A stretch of DNA of 51,693 nucleotides, taken from a virus (taxonomy: Duplodnaviria > Caudoviricetes). The DNA is taken from IMG/VR virus record IMGVR_UViG_3300036939_000003, positions 1 to 51,693 of that record; one strand, written 5' to 3'. This document shows positions 25,176 to 34,760 of the stretch, in pieces (the first letter of the stretch is position 1; each line of letters starts with the position of its first letter). A program made the translations under genes and the position numbers. A model generated the notes under the pieces. It had not been told where the DNA came from. It saw nothing but the letters and a program-made list of their open reading frames with translations, and did no database searches.

Positions 25176-28100
25176 ATGGTTAGATTCCACAAAAAAGAAA
25201 CAAAAGGTGCAGGTGCGAATGGCTCAACCGTTAATGATTGTTGGGTTGATATTTCTTTTCACGGACAAAAAGCCGGGTACATCTACAAAAGCAAAGGTGA
25301 AACATTTTACGTTTCCTCTGTCCATTTTGACGGAGTAGATAAAGAAAACAAATTCACGAGCTTAAAAGGTGCAAAAGATTTTGCTAGGCAAATGCTGAAC
25401 TCTTAACCAATGAAAGCAGGACGTAAATCAAAGGCGTGGGCTAATGCAAGACGCGCCTCTTTGGAGAAACGAAAATGACAAACCAGCAAGAACTTCCTTC
25501 AAAAATCGTATTCCCAAATCTATTTGACAGTACATTACCGCCTACGGAAATGAAGGCAATCGGTCTAGGTGAATTTCCATACGATTGCAGAGCTAAATCC
25601 TTGCGCCCAGACGCAATGGTTTATTACGGCGAAAGTTCTTGGATAGATTCGGGCGATAAAAATTTCGATAAACGCTTGAAGGAATTGGACGAATTTTAAC
25701 TAAGGAAAAAGATTATGTCATACGGATACGGTTTAGGAGTTTACTGGGAAGACTACAACGACCCTGAAGAACCTGATAACGATTGGTGCAATACGTGCCA
25801 AACAACTCTTGATGGGTGTATTTGTCCAGAAGTGTCAGTCATTAACGTTACTTGCCCCAAATGCCAACGAAAGCACGAGGTATTAAACGAAGGGCAGTCA
25901 ACAGATGCGGTTTGCTACAACTGCAAACCAAAAGTTGATTTGGATTTTGAACCACCTTTTTAACAAGGCAAACAGTTTTAGAGATTATCCAAAAGAGAGA
26001 TTATCAATATGAATAAAAGAGAAAAAATAGGATGCACAATCGCAGCTCTACAATTCCTTGTTGTAACACCACTAAGTTACATTTACACATTTTTATTATT
26101 GAGACATATCAATGCAACCGACGCACTTTGGTTGCTTTTCTGGATAAATTTGCCCTTAGCCCTAATTGTTTCAGTCGTATTTAAATACATTGAAATATTT
26201 TTATCAGAAAAGGATTAACCCCTTTTTACTAACGCTTTTAACAAGGCAAACAGTTTTAGAGGTTATAGAGAAGAGAGCAGAAAGATCATGAACACACAAG
26301 AGCGAATAAATTGGATGCTTCGGCACGAAAACCTGTGGAACGACCGGGCGGCACTACTCGAAAAAATGTACGCAGATGGCGTTTACAGCAAAAAACTATC
26401 GAATGTGGATTTCTGCCTGACAGGTTTAATCGAGCGCTGCCGAAAGATTAAAAAACTGACTAAAAACCCATCGTTGCCTATCCAGCCCTTAACAGATTTG
26501 GTAGTGACTACCGACAACTTTGATGAGCTTATCAGCAAGCGCGAGATCAAAGATATTTTAGTCCAGTCAAAGCATCCGGTTAAGCGAATGGATGAAAACA
26601 GTTTTACCTATTACGACTACGCTGTATTCAAAAGACGAAAGCACGGAAAACCACCAACGCACGTTATTGACGAAATAAATACGATTCTTAGCGGTGGAGC
26701 GATTGATTACATTTATTAACCAATAACCCCCTTTACTAACACTTTAGGGCTAACAGATTAAGCATTAAAAATATGAAGACGAAAAAACGATGTTGTATCT
26801 GCGATAACCAGTCCGGCGAAAAAGGGACTTACGAAGAAGTAGAACATTGCCGTAAATGCGGCAGACCTATTTGCGGTTACTGCAAGCCTGCTTGCTGCGA
26901 TTTGGATTAGTTATGAAAAAACCAATAGATATTTTGTTGTTTTGCCCTCAATGCAGTGAGCAACACATTGACAAAGCAGAACCGGATAATTGTCAGGATT
27001 GCGGACACGGACGCAAATTCCATTTTAACGCGGGTGAAAGAAATATTTGCGCTGTCGGCAGGCAAATAACCAACGACAAAATTGATTGCCACTGTGACGG
27101 GTTTACGGCTTGGCTTAATCCACCGCATAAATCACATCGTTGCCATAACTGCAATTACGTTTGGCGACCTTTTGAATATCCGACAAATGGAGTTTTAGCA
27201 ATCAGCTAACCGAGGTAGAAAATGAGAAACGAACCTAACCCAAACCAAACATCTTTATTCACTAACCACCAATACCCTAGCTATCCTGCTATCCGAAAGA
27301 ACTCGGAAGCCTCTAAAGATGCCGCCGAACTCGTAGCAGATTCAGCACAGGTTATCAGAGCGAAAGTCCTTGAAACACTATCAACAGGCGACACGCTAAC
27401 GGCTCAGGAAATAGCCGATAAAGTTGCTCAGGACTTCTGGAACAAAGGGCGCAGGTGGGGCAATGACTTTGAGAAACACTTATTAAAGCTAGAGGACTCT
27501 GTAGAGAGTCGTATATCAGAGCTTAAGAAATCTGAACACATCGTAGCGGTTATTGATATGACCACAGGCAAACCTAAAAGACGCTTGAATCGTGCGGGTA
27601 ATGTTCGGATAACGATTCTAAAACTTAACGTGTCAGGGAAGTAGATCAAGGGGATTTTTTCTTTATGTTTTTCTCTAGGGCGGTAAAGCCGAATGAGTAA
27701 GCCGAGCCGCCTTTTATTAACACTATGAAAACACAAAACATTAAATTCGCAATCATTCTAGCAACTTCTGCCCTCGTATCTTATTCAGCTGGTTATTACA
27801 TCGGCGTAGTTCAAACGGCTGAAGTGGTTAAGGAGCTTATAAAGTAATGTGGAAATTCTTCTTTTACGGAATCGGTCTAGTTCTAGCAATTATCGGAATC
27901 TTTAGCAGAGAAAGTGACGTTATAAAAGCACTTTACGCAATAACAGCACTCCTCGGACTAGGTTTTGGCAAGGTCGTTGAACTTTTGGAGAAACTAAAGA
28001 AATGAAAGTCGAAATTAACGTAACACAGGAACATATAGACAATGGTTTGGCTGATAAATGTTTTGCATGCCCTGTCGCTTTGGCTCTCAGCGAGAAAGTG

Positions 28101-29200
28101 AAACCGGCAGCGGCAGTCCATCGAGGCTTAATTCTTATTGGTGAAAAGAATTTATCACAACCATTAAGTGTCGCAGAGTTTGTTAATGATTTTGATGAAG
28201 GCGTAAAAGTTGAACCCTTCTCTTTCTCTCTTGATATACCGGAAGAATATTTAAGGAGTCAGCAATGAACTTAATCGAAAAACTATCAATCATCATCGGC
28301 AAGATTCAGAACTACTTTAACCAGAGGAAAGCAATCAGAAATGCTCATCTGTCTAAACTGCACATTAAAAGAATGTCATAAGGGGTCGCGTTCGTGCCTT
28401 GTTAAAAAGGCTGAGATGCAGACTAAAGACTACTGGCGAAAGCGGTACAGAAAGCAGGTAAAGAGCAAGCCGAGGCGAAAGATTGATAACGCGGAATTTA
28501 TTAAAAAGGGCTTATTAGCCTGTCTGAACAAATTAAATCATGAACTTAACACATACTGATGACGCTACCGACCTTCAAAAAGGTGACATCGTTTTCATTA
28601 AGTTTGAGGTTTTAGAACCTCCAACTAATTTAGGAGATGTAAGACTCCGATATTACGCAAGACGCGGAGCCGATGAATACGCTGCAAAATCGGTTAATTC
28701 TATTTTTATCAAACGTCCGAAAAGCAGGCTTCTAAAAAGAATCATCAACAAGATTTTCTCTAAATAGAACTTATGAGACGAAACACGATATACGAATGTA
28801 AATGCGAATACTGCAAACCTTCTCTTGTACGCCTCTTATGGAAGTCAATCAAGAGACGACTTAAAAGGAAGTGAGGTAACAGAAGATTATGAAACTTTCA
28901 GAAGCAATTAGAGAAGGTGCGAAATTAAGACCGCAAACTTTTGGCTCTTTTTTTGACACAAACAGCGAAAACGTTGTCTGCTCTTGCACTCTCGGCGCTG
29001 CTTTTGAAGGTAAAACGGGTTACGTTTCGCTCAAACTTGAATACGTGAATCAACTGCATCCAGTGTTTCCTGAATTAGCTACACAAGTGGAATTAAACGG
29101 ATTGCGACGAGATTTAGCTCAAGCGGTAACTCAATTGAATGACGGCGAGCGTTGGACACGCGAACAAATAGCCGATTGGTTAGAAGAAAAAGGTTATTAA
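25176..29200 (+). other. Cluster of small early hypothetical ORFs, many Cys-rich or membrane-spanning
   Basis: ORF track 25176, 25475, 25715, 26009, 26288, 26913, 27222, 28002, 28341, 28540, 28889, plus manually read 26773-26910, 27725-27847 and 27847-28005. Confidence 0.7.
27222..27644 (+). CDS. Winged-HTH-like DNA-binding protein
   Basis: LTAQEIADK...SRISELKK pattern. Confidence 0.5.
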   Translation: MRNEPNPNQTSLFTNHQYPSYPAIRKNSEASKDAAELVADSAQVIRAKVLETLSTGDTLTAQEIADKVAQDFWNKGRRWGNDFEKHLLKLEDSVESRISELKKSEHIVAVIDMTTGKPKRRLNRAGNVRITILKLNVSGK

Positions 29201-29455
29201 TTTTTCAATGACCTTGCGATGTACAAAATCTTGGTCTAGTAAAACTGAAACGCGGCAATCGTTTGCCAATAACTAAACCGCGTTTCCATTGGTTGATAAA
29301 GGGTACTGACTGAAATACTTCACCTTTATCGCATCATCGGGAATGAGCTTCCCTCATCTAGAACTGGCAACCGTTCAAGATGATTAGATAATAAAAGTAT
29401 TGATAAATAGTTGAAAAGGCTTAATTAAAGACAAATATTGTCTGTAAATTTGTTT

Positions 29456-29965
29456 ATGAAAAACTACAAAAAGACTGCACTTGAAATCTACGGATTGTAT
29501 CACGATGCAAACGGCTCCATTACCGGAATATCCAGCCGATTACAGCGCAATGATTCAAGTAAATTATCGAGACAGATAAATCCTAATGATGACCGTAGAG
29601 ATAACTTCTATATCGAATTACTTGAAGCTCATCGGGCTATGGCTGAATTTATGCCCGATTTAGAGGAAGAAATCTGGAAAATTCTCGAACGCGAAAGAAG
29701 CGTATTTATAGGCAAAGCATCAGCAAGGCGAAAAAAGACAGCCGAACATCTCTACAAGCTTCAGACCGAAATTGCCGAGTTTAACTATAAACGCGATATA
29801 GGTGTGCCACAGGAAGAACTTGAAAAAGAATGCTACGACATTCTACCGGCAGCAAAAGCACTTGTTGAAGACATTTGCGGCTCGAAAGAGCAAACAAAAG
29901 ATGAAATCCAGCAAGATTATTTTCCCGCTAACGGGAACGGCGACGGGAAAGGTTTAGTTAGTTAA
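29456..29965 (+). CDS. Possible CII-like (phage 186 CP76-type) regulator
   Basis: SKLSRQINPND resembles the LxxKLNP motif; weak match. Confidence 0.35.
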   Translation: MKNYKKTALEIYGLYHDANGSITGISSRLQRNDSSKLSRQINPNDDRRDNFYIELLEAHRAMAEFMPDLEEEIWKILERERSVFIGKASARRKKTAEHLYKLQTEIAEFNYKRDIGVPQEELEKECYDILPAAKALVEDICGSKEQTKDEIQQDYFPANGNGDGKGLVS

Positions 29966-29968
29966 GTT

Positions 29969-30838
29969 ATGCGCTTATTGGATTTATTTGCCGGGATTGG
30001 CGGCTTTAGCCTCGCAGCGCATTGGATGGGATGGGAAACGGTTGCTTTTGTAGAAAAAGACGAGTTCTGCCAGAAAGTATTGAGAAAGAATTTCGGAGAC
30101 GTGCCTATATATGGAGACATTCGTGAATTTGAGGGAACAACATACAGAGGTGCAGTTGACATTGTTTGTGGCGGATTCCCTTGCCAGCCATTCAGTGTTG
30201 CCGGTAAGCAAAAAGGGCGAGGTGACGAGCGTTTTCTCTGGAAAGAAATGCTTCGAGTTGTTCAAGTGTGTCAACCGCGATGGGTCGTCGCTGAAAATGT
30301 TCGTGGATTACTTTCTAACGAGCGCGGATTGGTATTCGAGAGTGTGTGTTCTGATTTGGAAATGGCGGGCTACTCCGTTCAATCGTTTATTGTTCCAGCT
30401 TGCGCCGTCAATGCGCCCCATAAACGAAACAGGGTTTGGATTGTTGCTAACTCCAACTGCATCAGACGCGAAAATGAGCAAGAAAAACAAATCAAAGCTT
30501 TACAAGACAAAATCGGGAAGTTATCGCCTACGCAACAAAGCGGGAACGTCAAGCAATGCGGGGCTTGCAAATATGATTCAGTTGCTACCTACGCCGATGG
30601 CAAGCAACGCACGAAAACACGATTACAGGTCAGAGAAAGCAAAACAGAAAGGCAACGGGCAGACTTTGAGCGAAGCGATTGGGTTGAAACTGCAACCGAG
30701 CTTTGTGGAATTAATGATGGGGTTTCCAATCGGGTGGACAGACTTAGAGCGTTAGGCAATGCGATTGTCCCCCAAATAGCTTTTGAAATATTCAAGGCGA
30801 TAGAACACGCCAAACAGCAGTTCCGAGTTAAACCGTAA
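29969..30838 (+). CDS. C5 cytosine DNA methyltransferase, main chain
   Basis: Motif I LFAGIGG, IV GGFPCQPFS, VI ENV, VIII HKRNRVWI and X RLRALGNAIVP; no motif IX in this frame. Confidence 0.95.
   Translation: MRLLDLFAGIGGFSLAAHWMGWETVAFVEKDEFCQKVLRKNFGDVPIYGDIREFEGTTYRGAVDIVCGGFPCQPFSVAGKQKGRGDERFLWKEMLRVVQVCQPRWVVAENVRGLLSNERGLVFESVCSDLEMAGYSVQSFIVPACAVNAPHKRNRVWIVANSNCIRRENEQEKQIKALQDKIGKLSPTQQSGNVKQCGACKYDSVATYADGKQRTKTRLQVRESKTERQRADFERSDWVETATELCGINDGVSNRVDRLRALGNAIVPQIAFEIFKAIEHAKQQFRVKP
30111..30755 (+). CDS. Nested alternative-frame methyltransferase subunit (TRD and motif IX)
   Basis: 214-aa +1 frame ORF with LLTPTASD and LLPTPMAS repeats and LQPSFVELMMGFPIGWT. Confidence 0.7.
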   Translation: METFVNLREQHTEVQLTLFVADSLASHSVLPVSKKGEVTSVFSGKKCFELFKCVNRDGSSLKMFVDYFLTSADWYSRVCVLIWKWRATPFNRLLFQLAPSMRPINETGFGLLLTPTASDAKMSKKNKSKLYKTKSGSYRLRNKAGTSSNAGLANMIQLLPTPMASNARKHDYRSEKAKQKGNGQTLSEAIGLKLQPSFVELMMGFPIGWTDLER

Positions 30839-30928
30839 CTCAACGGTTATCTGAATACCGTCGAACTTCAGAGAACCTTATTTCACATGGACAGTGGGCG
30901 CATCTTTCGGGGTGCGCTCGTAACAAAA

Positions 30929-31186
30929 ATGACGAGAGAAGAACATTTACAGTGGGCAAAGGAACGCGCATTGAAGTACTGCGACAATAAGCAACCTCTA
31001 GCGGCTTGGATTTCCTTTAGAAGTGATATGAGCAAGCACGGAGAAACACGAAATCATATTGCTCTACCTATGGGTGATGAGATGTTCAGTTTCTTTCTGC
31101 AATCGCCTGAATCCGTTGAAGCAATCCAAATTATGAACAATCCCGGTCCGTTTAATATTCGCAGATTTATTGAAGGTTTTAACTGA
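30929..31186 (+). CDS. Hypothetical protein
   Basis: MTREEHLQWAKERALKY...IRRFIEGFN; start uncertain (30887 or 30929). Confidence 0.6.
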   Translation: MTREEHLQWAKERALKYCDNKQPLAAWISFRSDMSKHGETRNHIALPMGDEMFSFFLQSPESVEAIQIMNNPGPFNIRRFIEGFN

Positions 31187-31530
31187 TGAGTGAAATAAAA
31201 CTAACTTTACCTTATCCGCCTTCACTAAACCGGCTTTACCGAATGGTGAACGGAAGATTTCAGATAAGCAAGGTTGGTAAGGGCTATAAAAACGAGATTA
31301 TGTGGCTCTGTAAAGTTAATCGGGTGCAGCCTCTCGCTAGTGAAATAGCTTGTGAGTTTAAGTTTTACAGACCTCAAAAACGCGGTGATATTGACAATCT
31401 TTTCAAGGTTCTGGCTGATTCGCTAATTGGTAGTTGTTATTGCGATGATTCGCAGATTAAAGAGATTCACGCTTATAGATTTGATGACAAATTAAATCCG
31501 CGTGTAGAGATTGAGATTAGAGAAATATGA
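31186..31530 (+). CDS. rusA: RusA family Holliday junction resolvase
   Basis: LPYPPSLN, GDIDNLFKVLADSL and DDSQI motifs. Confidence 0.9.
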   Translation: MSEIKLTLPYPPSLNRLYRMVNGRFQISKVGKGYKNEIMWLCKVNRVQPLASEIACEFKFYRPQKRGDIDNLFKVLADSLIGSCYCDDSQIKEIHAYRFDDKLNPRVEIEIREI

Positions 31531-31985
31531 AAAGTTCAGCAAAAGATTATCCGACATCACTTTCAACGCCGATTGATAGAACGGCAGCGCGGGTTATCTC
31601 AAAAGGGACTCACTTTGAGTTTAAGGCTACTGAAATAAACCGTGAGATTTGGGAGATTCCGCCTCCATTAGTTTTCCCGATACCGGAAAGCATTAAAGCA
31701 CTTATCGGAACGAAGAAAGGTGATTTAACAGTTATCGGATATTTAGGAGCGGGAAAGGCAAACAATAAAGGTGCTCGTATTTTAGTTCGATGTGTTTGCG
31801 GTAAATATGAAAAGCGGGTGGCGAATAAATGGAGAAAGCCCCAGAAGGCGAAAAGTTGCTGCCACTTTTGCGAACTAAAAGCAAAGCTAAAAGTTTCTAA
31901 TCTTCCTTATGAAGAAAGAAACAGAATTGAAAATATGGAACGCGCTCGACACGGTTTTCCTTTGAAGCCGATTAAAAAGGATTAG
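31527..31985 (+). CDS. Hypothetical Zn-binding protein
   Basis: GDLTVIG...VRCVCG...CHFC. Confidence 0.6.
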   Translation: MKSSAKDYPTSLSTPIDRTAARVISKGTHFEFKATEINREIWEIPPPLVFPIPESIKALIGTKKGDLTVIGYLGAGKANNKGARILVRCVCGKYEKRVANKWRKPQKAKSCCHFCELKAKLKVSNLPYEERNRIENMERARHGFPLKPIKKD

Positions 31986-31987
31986 TT

Positions 31988-32143
31988 ATGAAAACCTGTA
32001 AACGATGTAATAAGGAAAAACCTCTCAAGGACTTCTATGAGCATTTAACAAGCAAAGACGGTCACTTAAATATCTGTATTGATTGTAAGAGAGTAGAGGC
32101 AAATAACAGGAAAAGAAGGTTAAGAGCGAGGTTAGGTAAATAA
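31988..32143 (+). CDS. Small Zn-ribbon protein (51 aa, not in ORF track)
   Basis: MKTCKRCNKEKPLKDFY...ICIDC resembles HNH-endonuclease N-termini. Confidence 0.6.
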   Translation: MKTCKRCNKEKPLKDFYEHLTSKDGHLNICIDCKRVEANNRKRRLRARLGK

Positions 32144-32853
32144 ATATGAAACAAGTAACAGAAAACGCGAAAGCTAAGATACTCAAAAGATACACGGTTG
32201 AAGAAATACGCACTATATTCGCCAAACGCCTTGACGATGATTTACTGGCATCGGTGGGCGTTCTGGAAATGGGCGTGGTTTCTCAGCGACATTCCGACCC
32301 GCATATTGCTGTCTGGAAAGGATATGAAATATTAACTGATTCACGTTACTTAAATTTATGACCTTCATTAAAGGATACATATTAACTTTAACCTTTCTCT
32401 GCTTATTCATAACAGCAGAGGAAATGAGGGCGGGGGATTAAATATGCACTGGACAGAAAGAAGCACAGAAGATTTCTTATCAAGGATTACTTTTGATTTT
32501 ATTGCCCAACTTAATCGGCATTCAGATGTTTTTGACGAGGACGAAAAGTTGACTATCGAGCAAATGATTGAAAAGGCTCGTTCGATCGGCTTTAAGGTTG
32601 CGTTAGTTGCTTACAAAGCAGATGCGCCTGTCAATTCTGAAATATTTTCTCGTTGTTGGGAAAAGCAGAGTAAGCCTGCTGACTTCTTTGAACTTGAAGA
32701 AAACTAGAAATGTTAGCAGCAGAGGAAATGAGGGCGGGGGATTAAATGGAAATTCTTTTTATCGGTTTTATCGCAGCGATCTTTTATCTTAAATACCATC
32801 GTAAAAAATGATGTTTTAGAAGCGGAAATAATTGAGTAAAACGCCCATTTTTA

Positions 32854-32882
32854 TTGACTTTTATTGATATTTGAATTAAGAT
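32854..32882 (+). promoter_or_regulatory. Promoter of the replication-region operon
   Basis: TTGACT-N17-TAAGAT. Confidence 0.7.
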
Positions 32883-32888
32883 TAAAGA

Positions 32889-33053
32889 TGTCTGACGGTA
32901 ACACTTTTCTAGTTACGCCATTGGTGTAATTTGACGAGAGGTATTTAAATTTCTACACTAACAAAGCCACTTATCTTGGCTCGTTATGGAAGGTGTTTGC
33001 CGTCAGACAGCAGCACTCGTCAGCGAGTTTAAGGTAAGTGGCTTTTTGTTTTT
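32889..33053 (+). promoter_or_regulatory. Structured leader / attenuator
   Basis: 5' segment 32889-32908 is complementary to 32988-33009, which lies inside the long stem 32963-32985/33022-33045 followed by a U tract. Confidence 0.65.
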
Positions 33054-33062
33054 GGAGTAAAT

Positions 33063-33659
33063 ATGCCATCAGGATACACAGCCATAATAGGCGAAAAAGA
33101 TAATGTTAAGTTTCAGGAGTTTGCGCTTCTTTGTGCGCGAGCTTTCGGCGCAACAATTCTAATGCGTGATGATTCACTGGATGTGCCGATTCCAGAAGAA
33201 TTTCAACCCACTGATTACCACTCTAAACAATTAAAGAAGGCTAATTGGGAACTTGATAAGGTTAAACAAATGACTGATGCGCAAATTAAACGCGCCATCC
33301 TAAAAGAGTTTAACGAAGAAGTTGCTCGAATTACTGGATACATCGAAAAAGATAGGATACTAGCCGAAAAATACGGTCGTATGATTTGCGACGTACAGGC
33401 TTGGAAACCTCCAACTGATGAGCATAAGGAAATGAAAAACTTTATGCTCCAACAACTTCACGAATCCTTAAAATTTGATTGCGGACTTTATAGCGAAACA
33501 GACATTCCAAAAACAATGCCTTCAATAGATGAATGGCGTAAGAAGAAAATCGAAAAGATAGCTAGAGATATTACTTACCATACTGAGGAAAATCAGAAGG
33601 AAATTGAACGGACTAACAAGCGTAATCTCTGGATAAAACAATTAAGAGAAAGCCTTTAA
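33063..33659 (+). CDS. Hypothetical phage protein
   Basis: 198 aa, GGAG RBS; MPSGYTA..FALLCARAFGA. Confidence 0.75.
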   Translation: MPSGYTAIIGEKDNVKFQEFALLCARAFGATILMRDDSLDVPIPEEFQPTDYHSKQLKKANWELDKVKQMTDAQIKRAILKEFNEEVARITGYIEKDRILAEKYGRMICDVQAWKPPTDEHKEMKNFMLQQLHESLKFDCGLYSETDIPKTMPSIDEWRKKKIEKIARDITYHTEENQKEIERTNKRNLWIKQLRESL

Positions 33660-34319
33660 CCCATTAACTTGAGAGGAGAGAAAATGAAAAAACAAATTTT
33701 AGAAACTGAAATACCGACAAACATTGCCTGTCCTGATTGCGGGGCGCGTGTTTGGACTGATAACGACATTGAGTTTTGCAAGGGCTGTTCTTGGTCGAGA
33801 GCCGTTGCCGTTAAACCTGTTCATTACAATCAGCACACACGAGGCGGAAAGCAGCCGAAAATAAACAAATGAAAAAGAGTGAAAGAATATTCTGGATGTT
33901 AATGCGGTGGCTGTTCAAAATCTTACTTACCATCTTTATATTACTGTGCATTTACAGACTTGTTACAGCACCACGTTAACCCATTAACTTGAGAGGAGAG
34001 AGAATGGCTTACATAAGCGAACACGACACGAGGAAAGCAATCATTACTTGTCTGGAAGTTTTGGAAATTAAAGGCGATAACCCAATGATTGACAAATTAC
34101 AGATTGAAGCTAGGGAATTGCTAAGAAACTCATTAAGTTCACTCGATAAAGATTGGCATATTCGACTACTTTTGGATATCAGAAAGGATGTAAGAGAAAA
34201 GTTGATAAATAAATAACAAGTTTCAGGAACGCGGAAATCTAAAAATGGAGGAAATACAAATTATTACGATTAAAACTTCCTCTAGCAAACAAACCAATCC
34301 GCGTTCCTGATTAAATATT

Positions 34320-34760
34320 ATGAGTGAAGAAACTTGGATTTATCTAATTAAAGACAACTTTACAGGTCTACACAAAATTGGTCGTAGCCACGACCCAAAA
34401 GGAAGGTATAAAAAGCTGTGCAAGCAAGATACTTTAATGCCTTACCCTAACGATTTTGTTTTCGTTGGAGCATGGAAATCAACCTCTTTAAGTGAAAAGG
34501 AACTGCACGAAATTTTCGGCTTTTGCAGAAAACGGGGTGAATGGTTTGACCTTTCCGAGGAGGAAGTAGCTTGGATTGAAAGCAAATATTTCTACATCAA
34601 AGAGAATCTTTTCCTCCAAACATCTTTATTCGATAACCTCCTTGACGCTGGATTAATACACACTGCGGTTTATCAACTCAAAGGCGATAAGGAAAAGGAA
34701 ATAGCAAACGCAGACATGGTTGATTATTTAATAGAAGGTTTTGACGAATATTTTATCTAA
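34320..34760 (+). CDS. GIY-YIG (T5orf172/MUG113-like) protein
   Basis: WIYLI...HKIGRS...EKELH...RGEWFDL. Confidence 0.8.
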   Translation: MSEETWIYLIKDNFTGLHKIGRSHDPKGRYKKLCKQDTLMPYPNDFVFVGAWKSTSLSEKELHEIFGFCRKRGEWFDLSEEEVAWIESKYFYIKENLFLQTSLFDNLLDAGLIHTAVYQLKGDKEKEIANADMVDYLIEGFDEYFI

